Positions 30,924-40,180 of a stretch of DNA of 64,000 nt are shown piece by piece. Origin of the DNA: Candidatus Bathyarchaeota archaeon. Lineage in GTDB: Archaea > Thermoproteota > Bathyarchaeia > Bathyarchaeales > Bathycorpusculaceae. The notes under the pieces were generated by a model. It was not told the DNA's origin, ran no database searches, and saw only the letters and a list, made by a program, of their open reading frames with translations. Both the position numbers and the translations under genes were made by a program. Numbering within the stretch: the stretch's first letter is position 1; every line of letters starts with the position of its first letter. The stretch lies in assembly GCA_963811105.1 (NCBI GenBank), contig CAWEPZ010000011.1, positions 896,001 to 960,000 on the forward strand, in the 5' to 3' direction.

Positions 30924-33482
30924 TTATGGCCGTTTTCTTAATATGAGAACTGTGGCTATTGCGACTGCTATTATCACAGCGATTCCGGTTCCGATGATAG
31001 TCAGTGTGTAGTCAGTTGACGATTGAGCACCAGTGGCTGGGGTTGATGTCGGATTTGCTGTTGCTACTGACACGCTTAATCCCGTTTCTGCGTATGAACC
31101 ATAATATGAGCCGCTTCCGTCAAAGGTAGCGTAAACTGTGTATGTTCCTTGGGTTGTTGGAGTCCATGATGATTTGAATGATCCCGATCCGTCGCTTGTT
31201 GCTGTCCCTATATTTATAGCGTTGCCGTTAGGATCGACTGCGGTTAAGGTTACTGGGACGCCGATGCATTGTGGCGGGGCATTTAGCAACGTAGAGTTTT
31301 GCATATGAAGGTAATCCATCAACTCACTCATGTTTTCATCAGCAACAGCAGGAACTCCGTTCGGGAACTGTACTTGAGAGGCGTAGTCTTGTGAGGCAGG
31401 AGACATATCAATAACTGAACCTTCAATCAATACACTTGATCCTTGTGCAGAAATTTTTGGTGATGCGATTACAGTTGTTTTGGTTGGACCTTTGCCGACG
31501 CAATAGACGTTTCCATCGTACATTCCCAAACCTATGATATAACCATCAGCAGCAGCTTCGGGGAAAACTCCACCGTTTAAGGTATAGGTGATATTTCCTG
31601 TAGTAGCGTTAATACATGTCATCATTGCAAACCTTGGAATAGGGTTGATTTGATATGAAATGGAGTAGCCTGCGTATCCGTAGATATTGCCACCCACCAT
31701 CAGCATGCCAATAACGTAGGGCACTGCATTAGCGGTGTACTCAGTTGAAGGAATAGCCGTATTATGCCAAACTAAGTTTCCCGTTGCCAAACTTAAAGCA
31801 GCCATTGTGCCGTCAGGGAACATAAGATACAAGTTATTGTAATCATTGGTCTCAGAGGTGTAAACGGTCCATGTTGAAGCCCACGGAAAACTTGAGAAGC
31901 TGGGACTTGTCCATAGCAAAGCGCCTGTAGTCATGGAGTAGCATTTGAACGTTGTAGCAGTTGGATCAAAGATGATAAAGTCGTTCACGCCGTATAAACT
32001 GATTTCCTCGTTTTGCGCGACCGGATATGTTAGGGTAAGGTTCCATATTGATGCCCCGTTTTTTGTGCTGTAACCCCAATACTGGTTGGGGGTCTTTAAC
32101 ACAATCGTAGATCCATCCGCTGATATTCCAAGGATACTTTGGCTTCCTAAGAATGATGAGGTTCCACTTATTAGTGGAACTGGTAGTGTATGTGTCCATG
32201 TGATTCCTGCTGGCCAATTGCCAATAGCCGTAGAAGGTCCAGCGAGAGAAGTCAAAAGATTGTTCGCGATAACATTCCCCAGGTTCCAAGCAACCAGCTG
32301 ACCGGTATATGTAACTGCATAGGCAAGGTTGGTGCCGTCAACAAGCGCATAGCTGCTTAAACTAGCATTAACGATTGACATCATAAGTGCTCCAGTAAAG
32401 GGATCATAGTAATTCCATGTAGTGCCAGGGGCAAGTACACTGCCACCGGCTGAAAACAGGTACGATGTTGGCGAGCTTCCATAAGAACTATTGAGAACTA
32501 CTGCCGCTTGACCTGGTATGCCAAGAATGCTCTGAGCATATGGGTTTCCAGGTAGGTGTACACCAGCGGTAATCTGACCAGGCGCTGTATAGGTTACTTT
32601 TCCCGTTGTCAAATCGATGCATTCAAAGTTGTTTTCATTGGGTATATTTCTGAATATTTTGCCATCCATGACTGTAGCACCAGGAAAATTTATAGCAGAT
32701 GCATAGCTAAGGCTGCCATAATCTCCGCCTATGATCCCTCCTGCTTTAAGCGGTATGCTCCAAACTATGTGCGCAGTGCTAGGTCCTGAACCATAGGGCT
32801 GCCATAAACGACAAGTGGCACCGTAAACCGGAAGGCCAAAACTGCTACTGCCAAGCCAGTCGCCTGAGATTGCGCTCCATTCTCTGTTGTTGCTGTTTAT
32901 CGGGTAGCTCCAGTAAACATTTGAATTCGGCAGTTGAGAGAACGGATAACCATTGAGCAGACCAGCCAGTACTGGATCAGTCTGTACTGTAAAATACGCA
33001 GTATTACTATTGCACGCTGAATACTGTACCGTTCCACTATAGTCAGTTATGTTCTGCGTTGGCATCGTGAAGGATACACTCCAGTTACCCGCCGTATCAG
33101 GAGCATAAGTGAAGTATAATGAGCCGGTTGCCTCTGTTTCTCCCGCAACATATTGCCCTGTTCCATCGACCGGTTGGAACGAGTCTTTTGTTCCGTCAGG
33201 TTTTACGAAGGTCACCGTTATTCCGTAAAAGCCGTTATCGTATGTCCCATAAAGATAGTCTGTAGGTAAAGGAAGGACCCATAGGTTTACAGTTGCTTTT
33301 TGGCCGACTCCGACAAGTGTTGGTGCGACGCTGATGTAACCTGCAGTTTTCTCAGGCTGAGGAACACCAACTTGAGCTAAGCCAGGCTGAGCAAAAGCCA
33401 TAATCATCGAGACAGTTAATATCAGAATCAACGAAAGCGACCAGAATGCTTTTTTGTTTCTAATAATAAAATTTACATTCAT
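30924..33482 (-). CDS. Secreted, membrane-anchored PQQ-like beta-propeller protein (paralog 3, more divergent)
   Basis: Signal peptide, PTLVGVGQ, PINSNNREW, AHIVW, GVPVTLTAVDPNGN and a TM ending LRKRP. Confidence 0.88.
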   Translation of the reverse strand: MNVNFIIRNKKAFWSLSLILILTVSMIMAFAQPGLAQVGVPQPEKTAGYISVAPTLVGVGQKATVNLWVLPLPTDYLYGTYDNGFYGITVTFVKPDGTKDSFQPVDGTGQYVAGETEATGSLYFTYAPDTAGNWSVSFTMPTQNITDYSGTVQYSACNSNTAYFTVQTDPVLAGLLNGYPFSQLPNSNVYWSYPINSNNREWSAISGDWLGSSSFGLPVYGATCRLWQPYGSGPSTAHIVWSIPLKAGGIIGGDYGSLSYASAINFPGATVMDGKIFRNIPNENNFECIDLTTGKVTYTAPGQITAGVHLPGNPYAQSILGIPGQAAVVLNSSYGSSPTSYLFSAGGSVLAPGTTWNYYDPFTGALMMSIVNASLSSYALVDGTNLAYAVTYTGQLVAWNLGNVIANNLLTSLAGPSTAIGNWPAGITWTHTLPVPLISGTSSFLGSQSILGISADGSTIVLKTPNQYWGYSTKNGASIWNLTLTYPVAQNEEISLYGVNDFIIFDPTATTFKCYSMTTGALLWTSPSFSSFPWASTWTVYTSETNDYNNLYLMFPDGTMAALSLATGNLVWHNTAIPSTEYTANAVPYVIGMLMVGGNIYGYAGYSISYQINPIPRFAMMTCINATTGNITYTLNGGVFPEAAADGYIIGLGMYDGNVYCVGKGPTKTTVIASPKISAQGSSVLIEGSVIDMSPASQDYASQVQFPNGVPAVADENMSELMDYLHMQNSTLLNAPPQCIGVPVTLTAVDPNGNAINIGTATSDGSGSFKSSWTPTTQGTYTVYATFDGSGSYYGSYAETGLSVSVATANPTSTPATGAQSSTDYTLTIIGTGIAVIIAVAIATVLILRKRP

Positions 33483-33650
33483 TTTCCCTGATTCTCCTTG
33501 ATAATTTCTGGAGAATTTCTAGCTTATATTCTTTTAGTAAATTATACCTAAGCATAAAAAGAGACATGTTGGGCACCATAATCACTAAAGAGGAGTTTTT
33601 TTTCCTTTGAAAATAGAAGCAGGTAATTATTCGTTGTTTTATGTTTGTAT

Positions 33651-33706
33651 TAAATTTTAATTTCGCCGTTAAAATTGCGGTAATCTTGTGTTTAGTTCAA
33701 ACTCTA
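33651..33706 (+). repeat. Conserved non-coding element, copy 2
   Basis: TAAATTTTAATTTCGCCGTTAAAATTGCGG-taatcttgtgt-TTAGTTCAAACTCTA; 41/56 ungapped identity to copy 3 by manual count. Confidence 0.8.
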
Positions 33707-33790
33707 ATTACATATTGTTTTTTGGAGCCGCCAAAATAGAAATAAGGAAAGGATGTTTGCATCCACCCACAAAAACTTTTCTAAGTCGCT

Positions 33791-34027
33791 TCAGACTCGC
33801 GTAAAACGTCCTCCAAACATTTTTTCTAACTCCTGACGGGCACCTTCACTTCCTCCGCGAAGTCTTGCCATGTTCAACTTGTACACTGGGCAAGAAGTGT
33901 ATTGATACCCTTTTGGGTTGGAGCATCGTACAACAATCCCTCCATCAGGGGGAACACACATTCTGTCCTCGTTGAAAAATTGACAACCATAACCGCCATA
34001 GCTCCTGTCTCCTTCAATTGTATCCAT
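33791..34027 (-). CDS. Small Cys-containing hypothetical protein between repeat copies 2 and 3
   Basis: AGGTGA RBS, MDTIEGD...CQFF...MCVP...RCSNP...SCPVY. Confidence 0.7.
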   Translation of the reverse strand: MDTIEGDRSYGGYGCQFFNEDRMCVPPDGGIVVRCSNPKGYQYTSCPVYKLNMARLRGGSEGARQELEKMFGGRFTRV

Positions 34028-34190
34028 AACAAAATCACCTCCCCCTAACAATTTTGAGATAAAAAGCCTATTCGAGTTCCTCTTTAAATTACTTGCCCTA
34101 TTTACAGTCACGCATGTTAATATGGAGACTTTTCCATGAGATTCTTAATAAATATGCGTTTTTGTAGTCAATTGACCATTTTTTTTAAAT

Positions 34191-34246
34191 TAAACTTTGA
34201 TTTCACCGCTTAAGTTGTGGCTTTCGGTTTGTTAGTTCAAACTCTA
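34191..34246 (+). repeat. Conserved non-coding element, copy 3
   Basis: TAAACTTTGATTTCACCGCTTAAGTTGTGG-ctttcggtttg-TTAGTTCAAACTCTA; a direct repeat 540 bp after copy 2. Confidence 0.8.
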
Positions 34247-34426
34247 TTTTAGAATTAATTACACAGTTGCCTAAAAAGAATATTCTATTGAGTATTTTTC
34301 TCTATAAAAAAAGACATATTTTAACTTATGCCCTAACCCTAATTGTAGTGTTGTGTTCTATGACCGAGAATACGATGAAGCAATAGAAGCCTAATGTGCC
34401 CTCTCTTTTTTCTTGCGGTTTGTGGA

Positions 34427-35209
34427 TTAATCGACTTTCTTGATTTGATTGTTTTCAGGTTCTTTTCTTTCCATCATAATTGTATTATAAAGCCATTTCT
34501 CAAAAGCTTCCTCTGAAGTCAAGTCTGCTTGAGCACCATTGATTTTCAGTTTGTGATTTCGAAATTTGCCCTTCCGTTTCCTTTCCTTCAGCTTCTCTTT
34601 CAGCCAATCATACAAAAAAGACGAAAACAAACTAAGTGCCACGTTGGGCAATACAGTATTCCCGAAATAACCTATTGCGGTGATAATTAGAGAGGAATCT
34701 TGTTTGTCTAGATTTTCATAGTGTAGCTCAATCGTAACTTCTTCTTTAAGTTCAATTATGACTCCTGCTTTTGTGTAGTATATCTCTTTGACAGCTTTTT
34801 TGTCATCAGTATGAGCAACATATGCAGTGGGCAGACTGAGGGACGTAAACTTGTCGATTGTAGCTACGAACGTAGACTTATCTGTTGGAGCAATTTCAAT
34901 TTGTATAGCTTTTTGTGTTATCATTCTTCGGTTTTGCATGTTGTAAGAGGTGGGCGCTTGTTGAACATATGCGGATGGAAATCTTTGCTGAGGGTTGGGC
35001 TGTACGTTTGGAGTAGGGAATACTGATGTAACTGCTAAGATGACAAAAGCTGTAGCCTTTCCAAAGGTTAGGGCTACTTTTGCTAAATATTTATTTCGAG
35101 CCTTTTTTTGAACAAGCTTGGAGCAACGTGGACAAAACTCGGATTCTTCATCATGCACTAATTCGCCACAAATAGAGCATTTCAAAGGAAAACCATCCTC
35201 AACTTGCAT
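34427..35209 (-). CDS. Hypothetical protein with N-terminal Zn finger and hydrophobic segment, between repeat copies 3 and 4
   Basis: CSICG...FCPRC, a TM-like segment and C-terminal FSSFLYDWLKEK..KLKING. Confidence 0.7.
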   Translation of the reverse strand: MQVEDGFPLKCSICGELVHDEESEFCPRCSKLVQKKARNKYLAKVALTFGKATAFVILAVTSVFPTPNVQPNPQQRFPSAYVQQAPTSYNMQNRRMITQKAIQIEIAPTDKSTFVATIDKFTSLSLPTAYVAHTDDKKAVKEIYYTKAGVIIELKEEVTIELHYENLDKQDSSLIITAIGYFGNTVLPNVALSLFSSFLYDWLKEKLKERKRKGKFRNHKLKINGAQADLTSEEAFEKWLYNTIMMERKEPENNQIKKVD

Positions 35210-35342
35210 AGATGTATTTGCTTTTTCTCGACTATTAACAATTCCTATTTAGTTTTATTCAATCATTTAACTAGTTCCATATATTTGTTTGAGTCATCAT
35301 ACATTCTGGTTTTCTAACCTATTTCTATTCTATGCATTCAAA

Positions 35343-35426
35343 CTCATTTTGTTTTCGAATCCTTTTATGGTTACTGAATTTGAACTAAGTTACGAAATGC
35401 CGCAACCTTAACGGCTAATTTTTAAT
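35343..35426 (-). repeat. Conserved non-coding element, copy 4 (long form, matching the integrase leader up to its ATGAG)
   Basis: Minus strand reads AATTAGCCGTTAAGGTTGCGG-catttcgtaac-TTAGTTCAAATTCAGTAACCATAAAAGGATTCGAAAACAAAATGAG. The ORF after the ATG is only MSLNA*. Confidence 0.82.
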
Positions 35427-35634
35427 CTTTCTCTCTCTCTCTCTCTTCTCTCTCTCTCGCGAACTCATACGACTACGAACTCTCTAACTCTCATTCACTC
35501 ACACACCCGTGCGCGTGCTAACGTCTGTCAGTCTGTCAGTCTGTCTCTCTTAGTGTCACCCTGTTACTCTGTTACTCTTACTCGCTGTCTTTGTCAGACT
35601 CTCTGCCATTGTCAACCTGTCACTTTCTGTCACT
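35427..35634 (+). repeat. (CT)n microsatellite followed by about a dozen YTGTYA-like hexamers
   Basis: CTCTCTCTCTCTCTCTTCTCTCTCTCTC, then CTGTCAGTCTGTCAGTCTGTC, CTGTTACTCTGTTACTC, TTGTCA and CTGTCACTTTCTGTCAC. Confidence 0.8.
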
Positions 35635-36520
35635 CAATCTGGCGTTTGCGTTTCTTGAAGTAAACCAACAAAGCAACAACTAAAGTCACGGAAATTATGA
35701 TGCCAGCAGCCACAGGGATAATAGGGAAAGTCTCTGGCACTTGCACATCAAAACTAATTGTTTCTGAGGTTCCAACTTCCCATGCTTCATCCATTGTGTA
35801 AATTGTTAACTTATGCAGACCATTAGACAAGCCAGTAAGAGTGGTATTTCCAGTAATAGTTACATTCTTTCGGTCATCAAGACGTACTTGATTTCTAAAG
35901 CCGGGTTATCCACAGTGAAATTTAAAGGAACATTAGAAACAGCGTAGTTCTCTGCTTTAGGCGACAGAAGCGATATTTGAGTCAGAGTGAGGGTTTGTGT
36001 ATTGCTCCAACTGCTTATTTCACCAGTAAAAACATCGTGATACAATTGCCCTAATGGAAATACATAATCGTCATAAATTCGAGTATAATACCCTATAAGT
36101 GCCTCAACGCAAAAATCTATCTGAACGTTAATGTTTCTTGACTGGATTTAGTCAAATTTTCTTGACCTACTTTTTCAGTATCAAACATTTCCTTGCAGTC
36201 TTTCCTGATTTTAATCAGAACAATTGGTATGGCGAGTAGTAAGGGTAAAATTGTTAACCAAGAAAACTCTGGAACGGAAGAGAAGGTAGAACTGATAAGT
36301 TCATTTAAGGTAATTGTCCACTTGTAGCTTTGATATTATGTATGTTTTTTCTATAGATTGTTATTACAATAACACTAACCAATGTTATTACTAAGGATAC
36401 AAAAGTCGCTCCAAGCAAAATCCCACTATCAAAGTATGATGTTTGTAAACTTGCGTAAGTTAAGTTGCCATATCTGGATGCACCGTGGAACGTTAAGCCG
36501 GAACAAAAGTAGACATTATG
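35630..36520 (-). pseudogene. Patchwork of C-terminal remnants of surface proteins (three anchors)
   Basis: ...SLVITLVSVIVITIYRKKHT*; VPEFSWLTILPLLLAIPIVLIKIRK; QIDFCVEALIGY...SSWSNTQTLTL; VPETFPIIPVAAGIIISVTLVVALLVYFKKRKR. No signal peptides or starts. Confidence 0.7.
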
Positions 36521-36779
36521 ATGGATTATGACTTGCCCTATTCGGTTCTCGGCAAGCTAATCGACAAATGCGGTTCCACAAAGCCATGAGAAGAGCTTTG
36601 ATATAGGTTTGCAAAAACTGAAAGACATGAGGGAGAAATAATAACTCCTAAGGCGCGCTGCGTTAACGCGCTACTTTTTCCTTTTATTATGCGTTGAAGA
36701 ACGTCGGTGAGACTGCTGCTTTGTCGGGTCTTCCAAGGTTTTGAGCTGCTTCTCTGGTTAAGACTAGACAAAGTTAAGA

Positions 36780-39757
36780 TTAATCGCATAGGCATTTGTA
36801 GTCGCAGTAGTTGCATTCCCAGCTTCCTTTTTTGGGTTCAAATGCTGCTGCTTTGATTTTTGATGCCATCTCCGCGATTTCTGTTCGCATTGCTTCAATG
36901 GCTTTGTTTTCGGGTTCAAAAAACACTTTCTCGTTGGATCGTAAGAACCAGTTTCCGACCTTCAAAGGACCATCGCCATATATCTCCTTAACAGCAAGTG
37001 CATAAACCAACAGTTGCATGTCCTTTTTTAGCTCGTTTAGAGACGATGCCTTTTTGCTTGTTTTATAGTCGACAACAGTGTAGCTGGATCCGTCTCGGTC
37101 GATGCGGTCGATTCGTCCTCTTAGCTGTATGTCGCCAATCGAGGTTTCAAACCACCGTTCAATGTCAACAATCTCCGTCTTGCTCTTAGCCTGCTCTTTT
37201 AGGAAAACTTTCAAGATCGCCTTCGCCTCTGCATAATCTCTCTTTTCATCAATCTTTGACTTGTAGCCTTTCGGATCCCAAAACTTCGCAAGAAGCTCAC
37301 CAGCAACATCTTTGTTTATGGCTTTGCCGTCTTTTTGCATCCTAGTTAATTGCTCTGCGATACTGTGCAGTGAGGAGCCGAAGTCAAAGTAGTAGCGGGG
37401 CTTCTCCGGAATCTTCATAACATGGCGATACTGGTAGAGCCTGGGACATTTCTTGTAGCCGACAAATTGCGACACGCTAAAAACGTGGTCTTCGGAGACT
37501 GTAACTGGCGCTTCGTCAGCTTGTTCCAGTGCTGAGTAGTCGGGTTCTTTTATCTTGCCTATTAATTCGGTTTTGATATCCAGGTTTTTGTTTGTTGATT
37601 TGGCGTATAGGAGAACGTTTTCTATGGCTTCGTTGAATTTTCCCGCTGTTAGGTTTGATATTACTTGTTTCATGAGGCGGGTTTGGGTTTGGTTTTCTTT
37701 TGTTGTTGATTCTGGAGAGAGTTCTTGAGGGTCAGCTTGTCGGAAGGTTATGTTTTCGTTTTGTTGATAATCTATTTCGGTTAGGAATCTTGAGGGTTTT
37801 GAGTCTGTTTTGTTTTCACCATAACGCTTTGCATAGGTGATAATTAGCTTCTCTTTGGCTCGGGTTATGGCTACGTAGAAGAGTCTTCGTTCTTCTTGGA
37901 TATGGAGCTCTTTTTCGTCGAATTTGGATTTGATTCCCTTGATTAGGTCTTGGGGGATTGAGAATTTGTCTTTTTGGAATTTTGTTGGCAGCCTATGCTC
38001 GATGACGTCTGGAATTATGACCACGGGGTACTGCATGCCTTTGACGCCATGTATGGTTGAGATGGTTATTGCTTGTTCTTCGAGGTTTTTTTCTTCGATT
38101 TCAAAGTTTGAGGCAAAAGACAGATACTCTGCAAAGTCTTCTACATCATTATTCGGATAGATTCTGTTGAATTCTTCGGCAAACTCAAAAAACTGATTTA
38201 AGAGCTGTATGTTTCGGTTGTTTTGGAGCGCTATTTCGTATTTGTAGAATTCGCGTTCAAAAAGCAGGCTGTGAATGAGGTCAAGTGTTCGAAGTCTCTT
38301 TTTGGAGCCAATTATTTCGGAAAGGGTCTGTTTGACTTGGAGGAACTTGAATTTATCCACATCAATACTCGCTTAAGTGGTCAAAGGCCTCATATAATGA
38401 AATTTCATTTTGATCAGCATAGCAGTTGAATTTGCATATCTCAATCTGCCTAATGCCGTAATTGCTTCGGTTTAGAATCCTTACGATTTCAGCATTGCTT
38501 TCTAATGGGTTACTTATGACTTTTAGGTAAGCTGCAACGTCTTTTATGATAGGTTCTTGGAAGAAGCCTGTCTCGCCAACGAAGTTAAAACGCATGGCCT
38601 GCTTTCTGAATGCTTTGATTATTGGTTCAGCAGTCGACCTTCGCCTGCACAATATCGCTATATCTTGCAAGGGATATTTTTTTAGGAGCTCTTTGACTGT
38701 TTCTAGAATATAGTTTGCTTGCGAAGAATCGCTTGGAGTCTCGACGATCGCTACGTTTTCTCCGTCTGGGTTGGTTGTGAAAAGTTTCTTAATTGTTCTT
38801 TCGGGACTCTTTTCAATTAGCTTGTTAGCGGCTGCTACGATTTTTTTGGTGCTACGGTAATTGTGTTCTAACGTTTTCTCAACGTAGTTAGGGAACATTT
38901 TTTTGAATTCTGCTATGTTTGTTAGGTAGGCGCCTCGGAAACGGTAAATACTTTGATCATCATCGCCTACCACGGTGATGTGGCCATGATTGCTAGCTAT
39001 CAAATGGACTATCTGCAGTTGAATGTAGTTAGTATCTTGGAATTCATCAACGATAATGAACTGGAATTTTTCCCGATATTTTTTTAGGATAAGTGGCTTA
39101 TTTTTTAGTAAGTTGTAGACTGTGCAGAGCATGTCTCCAAAATCAAGCATGTTATTTTTTGCTTTATAATCTTCGTAGGACCTGATAAATTTTTAGTATA
39201 TCCTTTAAATTGTTTAAGTCGTCAAGAGCTTCTTCATCGAGCCCGGTTTTTTCCTGAGTTTCAATGTATTGTTGAATATCCTCTGGCGAGATTGATTCGT
39301 CTTTGCATCTTGAGATGAACTTTTTCATTTCTTCAGCTAAGGTGTAGGGTTCATGGTTGAATTCAAGATGCTCAATACCAAAACTGTTGATGTTCTTGGT
39401 CAAATAGACTTTTTGAGCTGTTTCAGTGATTACCTTAAAGTTAGCATTAAGTTTAGTGTTAAGAATGTTATCTTGAATGACCTGATTGCAGAAAGAGTGA
39501 AAGGTTGATATGTTCAAGTCCTCAGCATTCCCAACCATACCCAGAACTCTATTCTTAAGCTCCTCAGCCGCCTTCTCATTAAAAGCTAAAGCAAGAATAT
39601 TCTCTGTTTTAGCACCCTGCTCCAAAAGATAAGCAATTTTACTTGCCACAGTTAAAGTCTTGCCTGAACCAGCACCTGCTATTATTAGAAGGGGCTTCTC
39701 AATCTCTTTCACAGCTTCCTGCTGCTGAGGATTAAGATTGTCCATGAGATTCATCAT
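36780..39757 (-). CDS. UvrD/PcrA SF1 helicase fused to a RecB-family PD-(D/E)XK nuclease with Fe-S cysteines (AddA/AdnB-like); two frameshifts
   Basis: AGAGSGKT, VDEFQD, VGDDDQSIYRFRGA, STIHGVKG and EERRLFYVAITRAK, then KKCPRL, GRIDRID, VVDYKT and CNYCDYKCLC, across three consecutive ORFs. Confidence 0.9.
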
Positions 39758-40001
39758 CTTGCCGCCTTAGCACTTGTCAACGTCATCATTGACGTTGCGT
39801 AGAGAATTTAACGTTTTGCAACTGCAAAATTTTACCGACGAATTAGAAATATAGCAAACAGAAGCAAGCATAGTCTTTCATACTCTAAGGAACAAATCAG
39901 CCTTCACGGCTCAGACGCTTCTAATCGAAAATAGGAGTATTCGTTACTGAAACCTTCACTTGAAGAAAAAGAATTTCACTCTATAATAAAACAGCCAAGC
40001 G

Positions 40002-40120
40002 AAGTCTCTGTTTGAGGAGCTACAAAAGCAATTGGGCAATATACTGAAAACTGCATTCAGAAAAAAAACGCACAAACATCCTCACTATAAAACACATAAA
40101 CAAAACATTCAGAAACTATG
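40002..40120 (+). pseudogene. Internally deleted tautomerase remnant
   Basis: AAGTCTCTGTTTGAGG (5' part) is fused to AGCTACAAAAGCAATTGGGCAA..CTGCATTCAGAAAAAAAACGCACAAACATCCTCACTATAA (3' part). Confidence 0.75.
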
Positions 40121-40180
40121 CTCAAAATTGAGCATCTTTTTGTAGTTAGTTTTTGCCCTTGATCATGGTTCTTCTACCAT

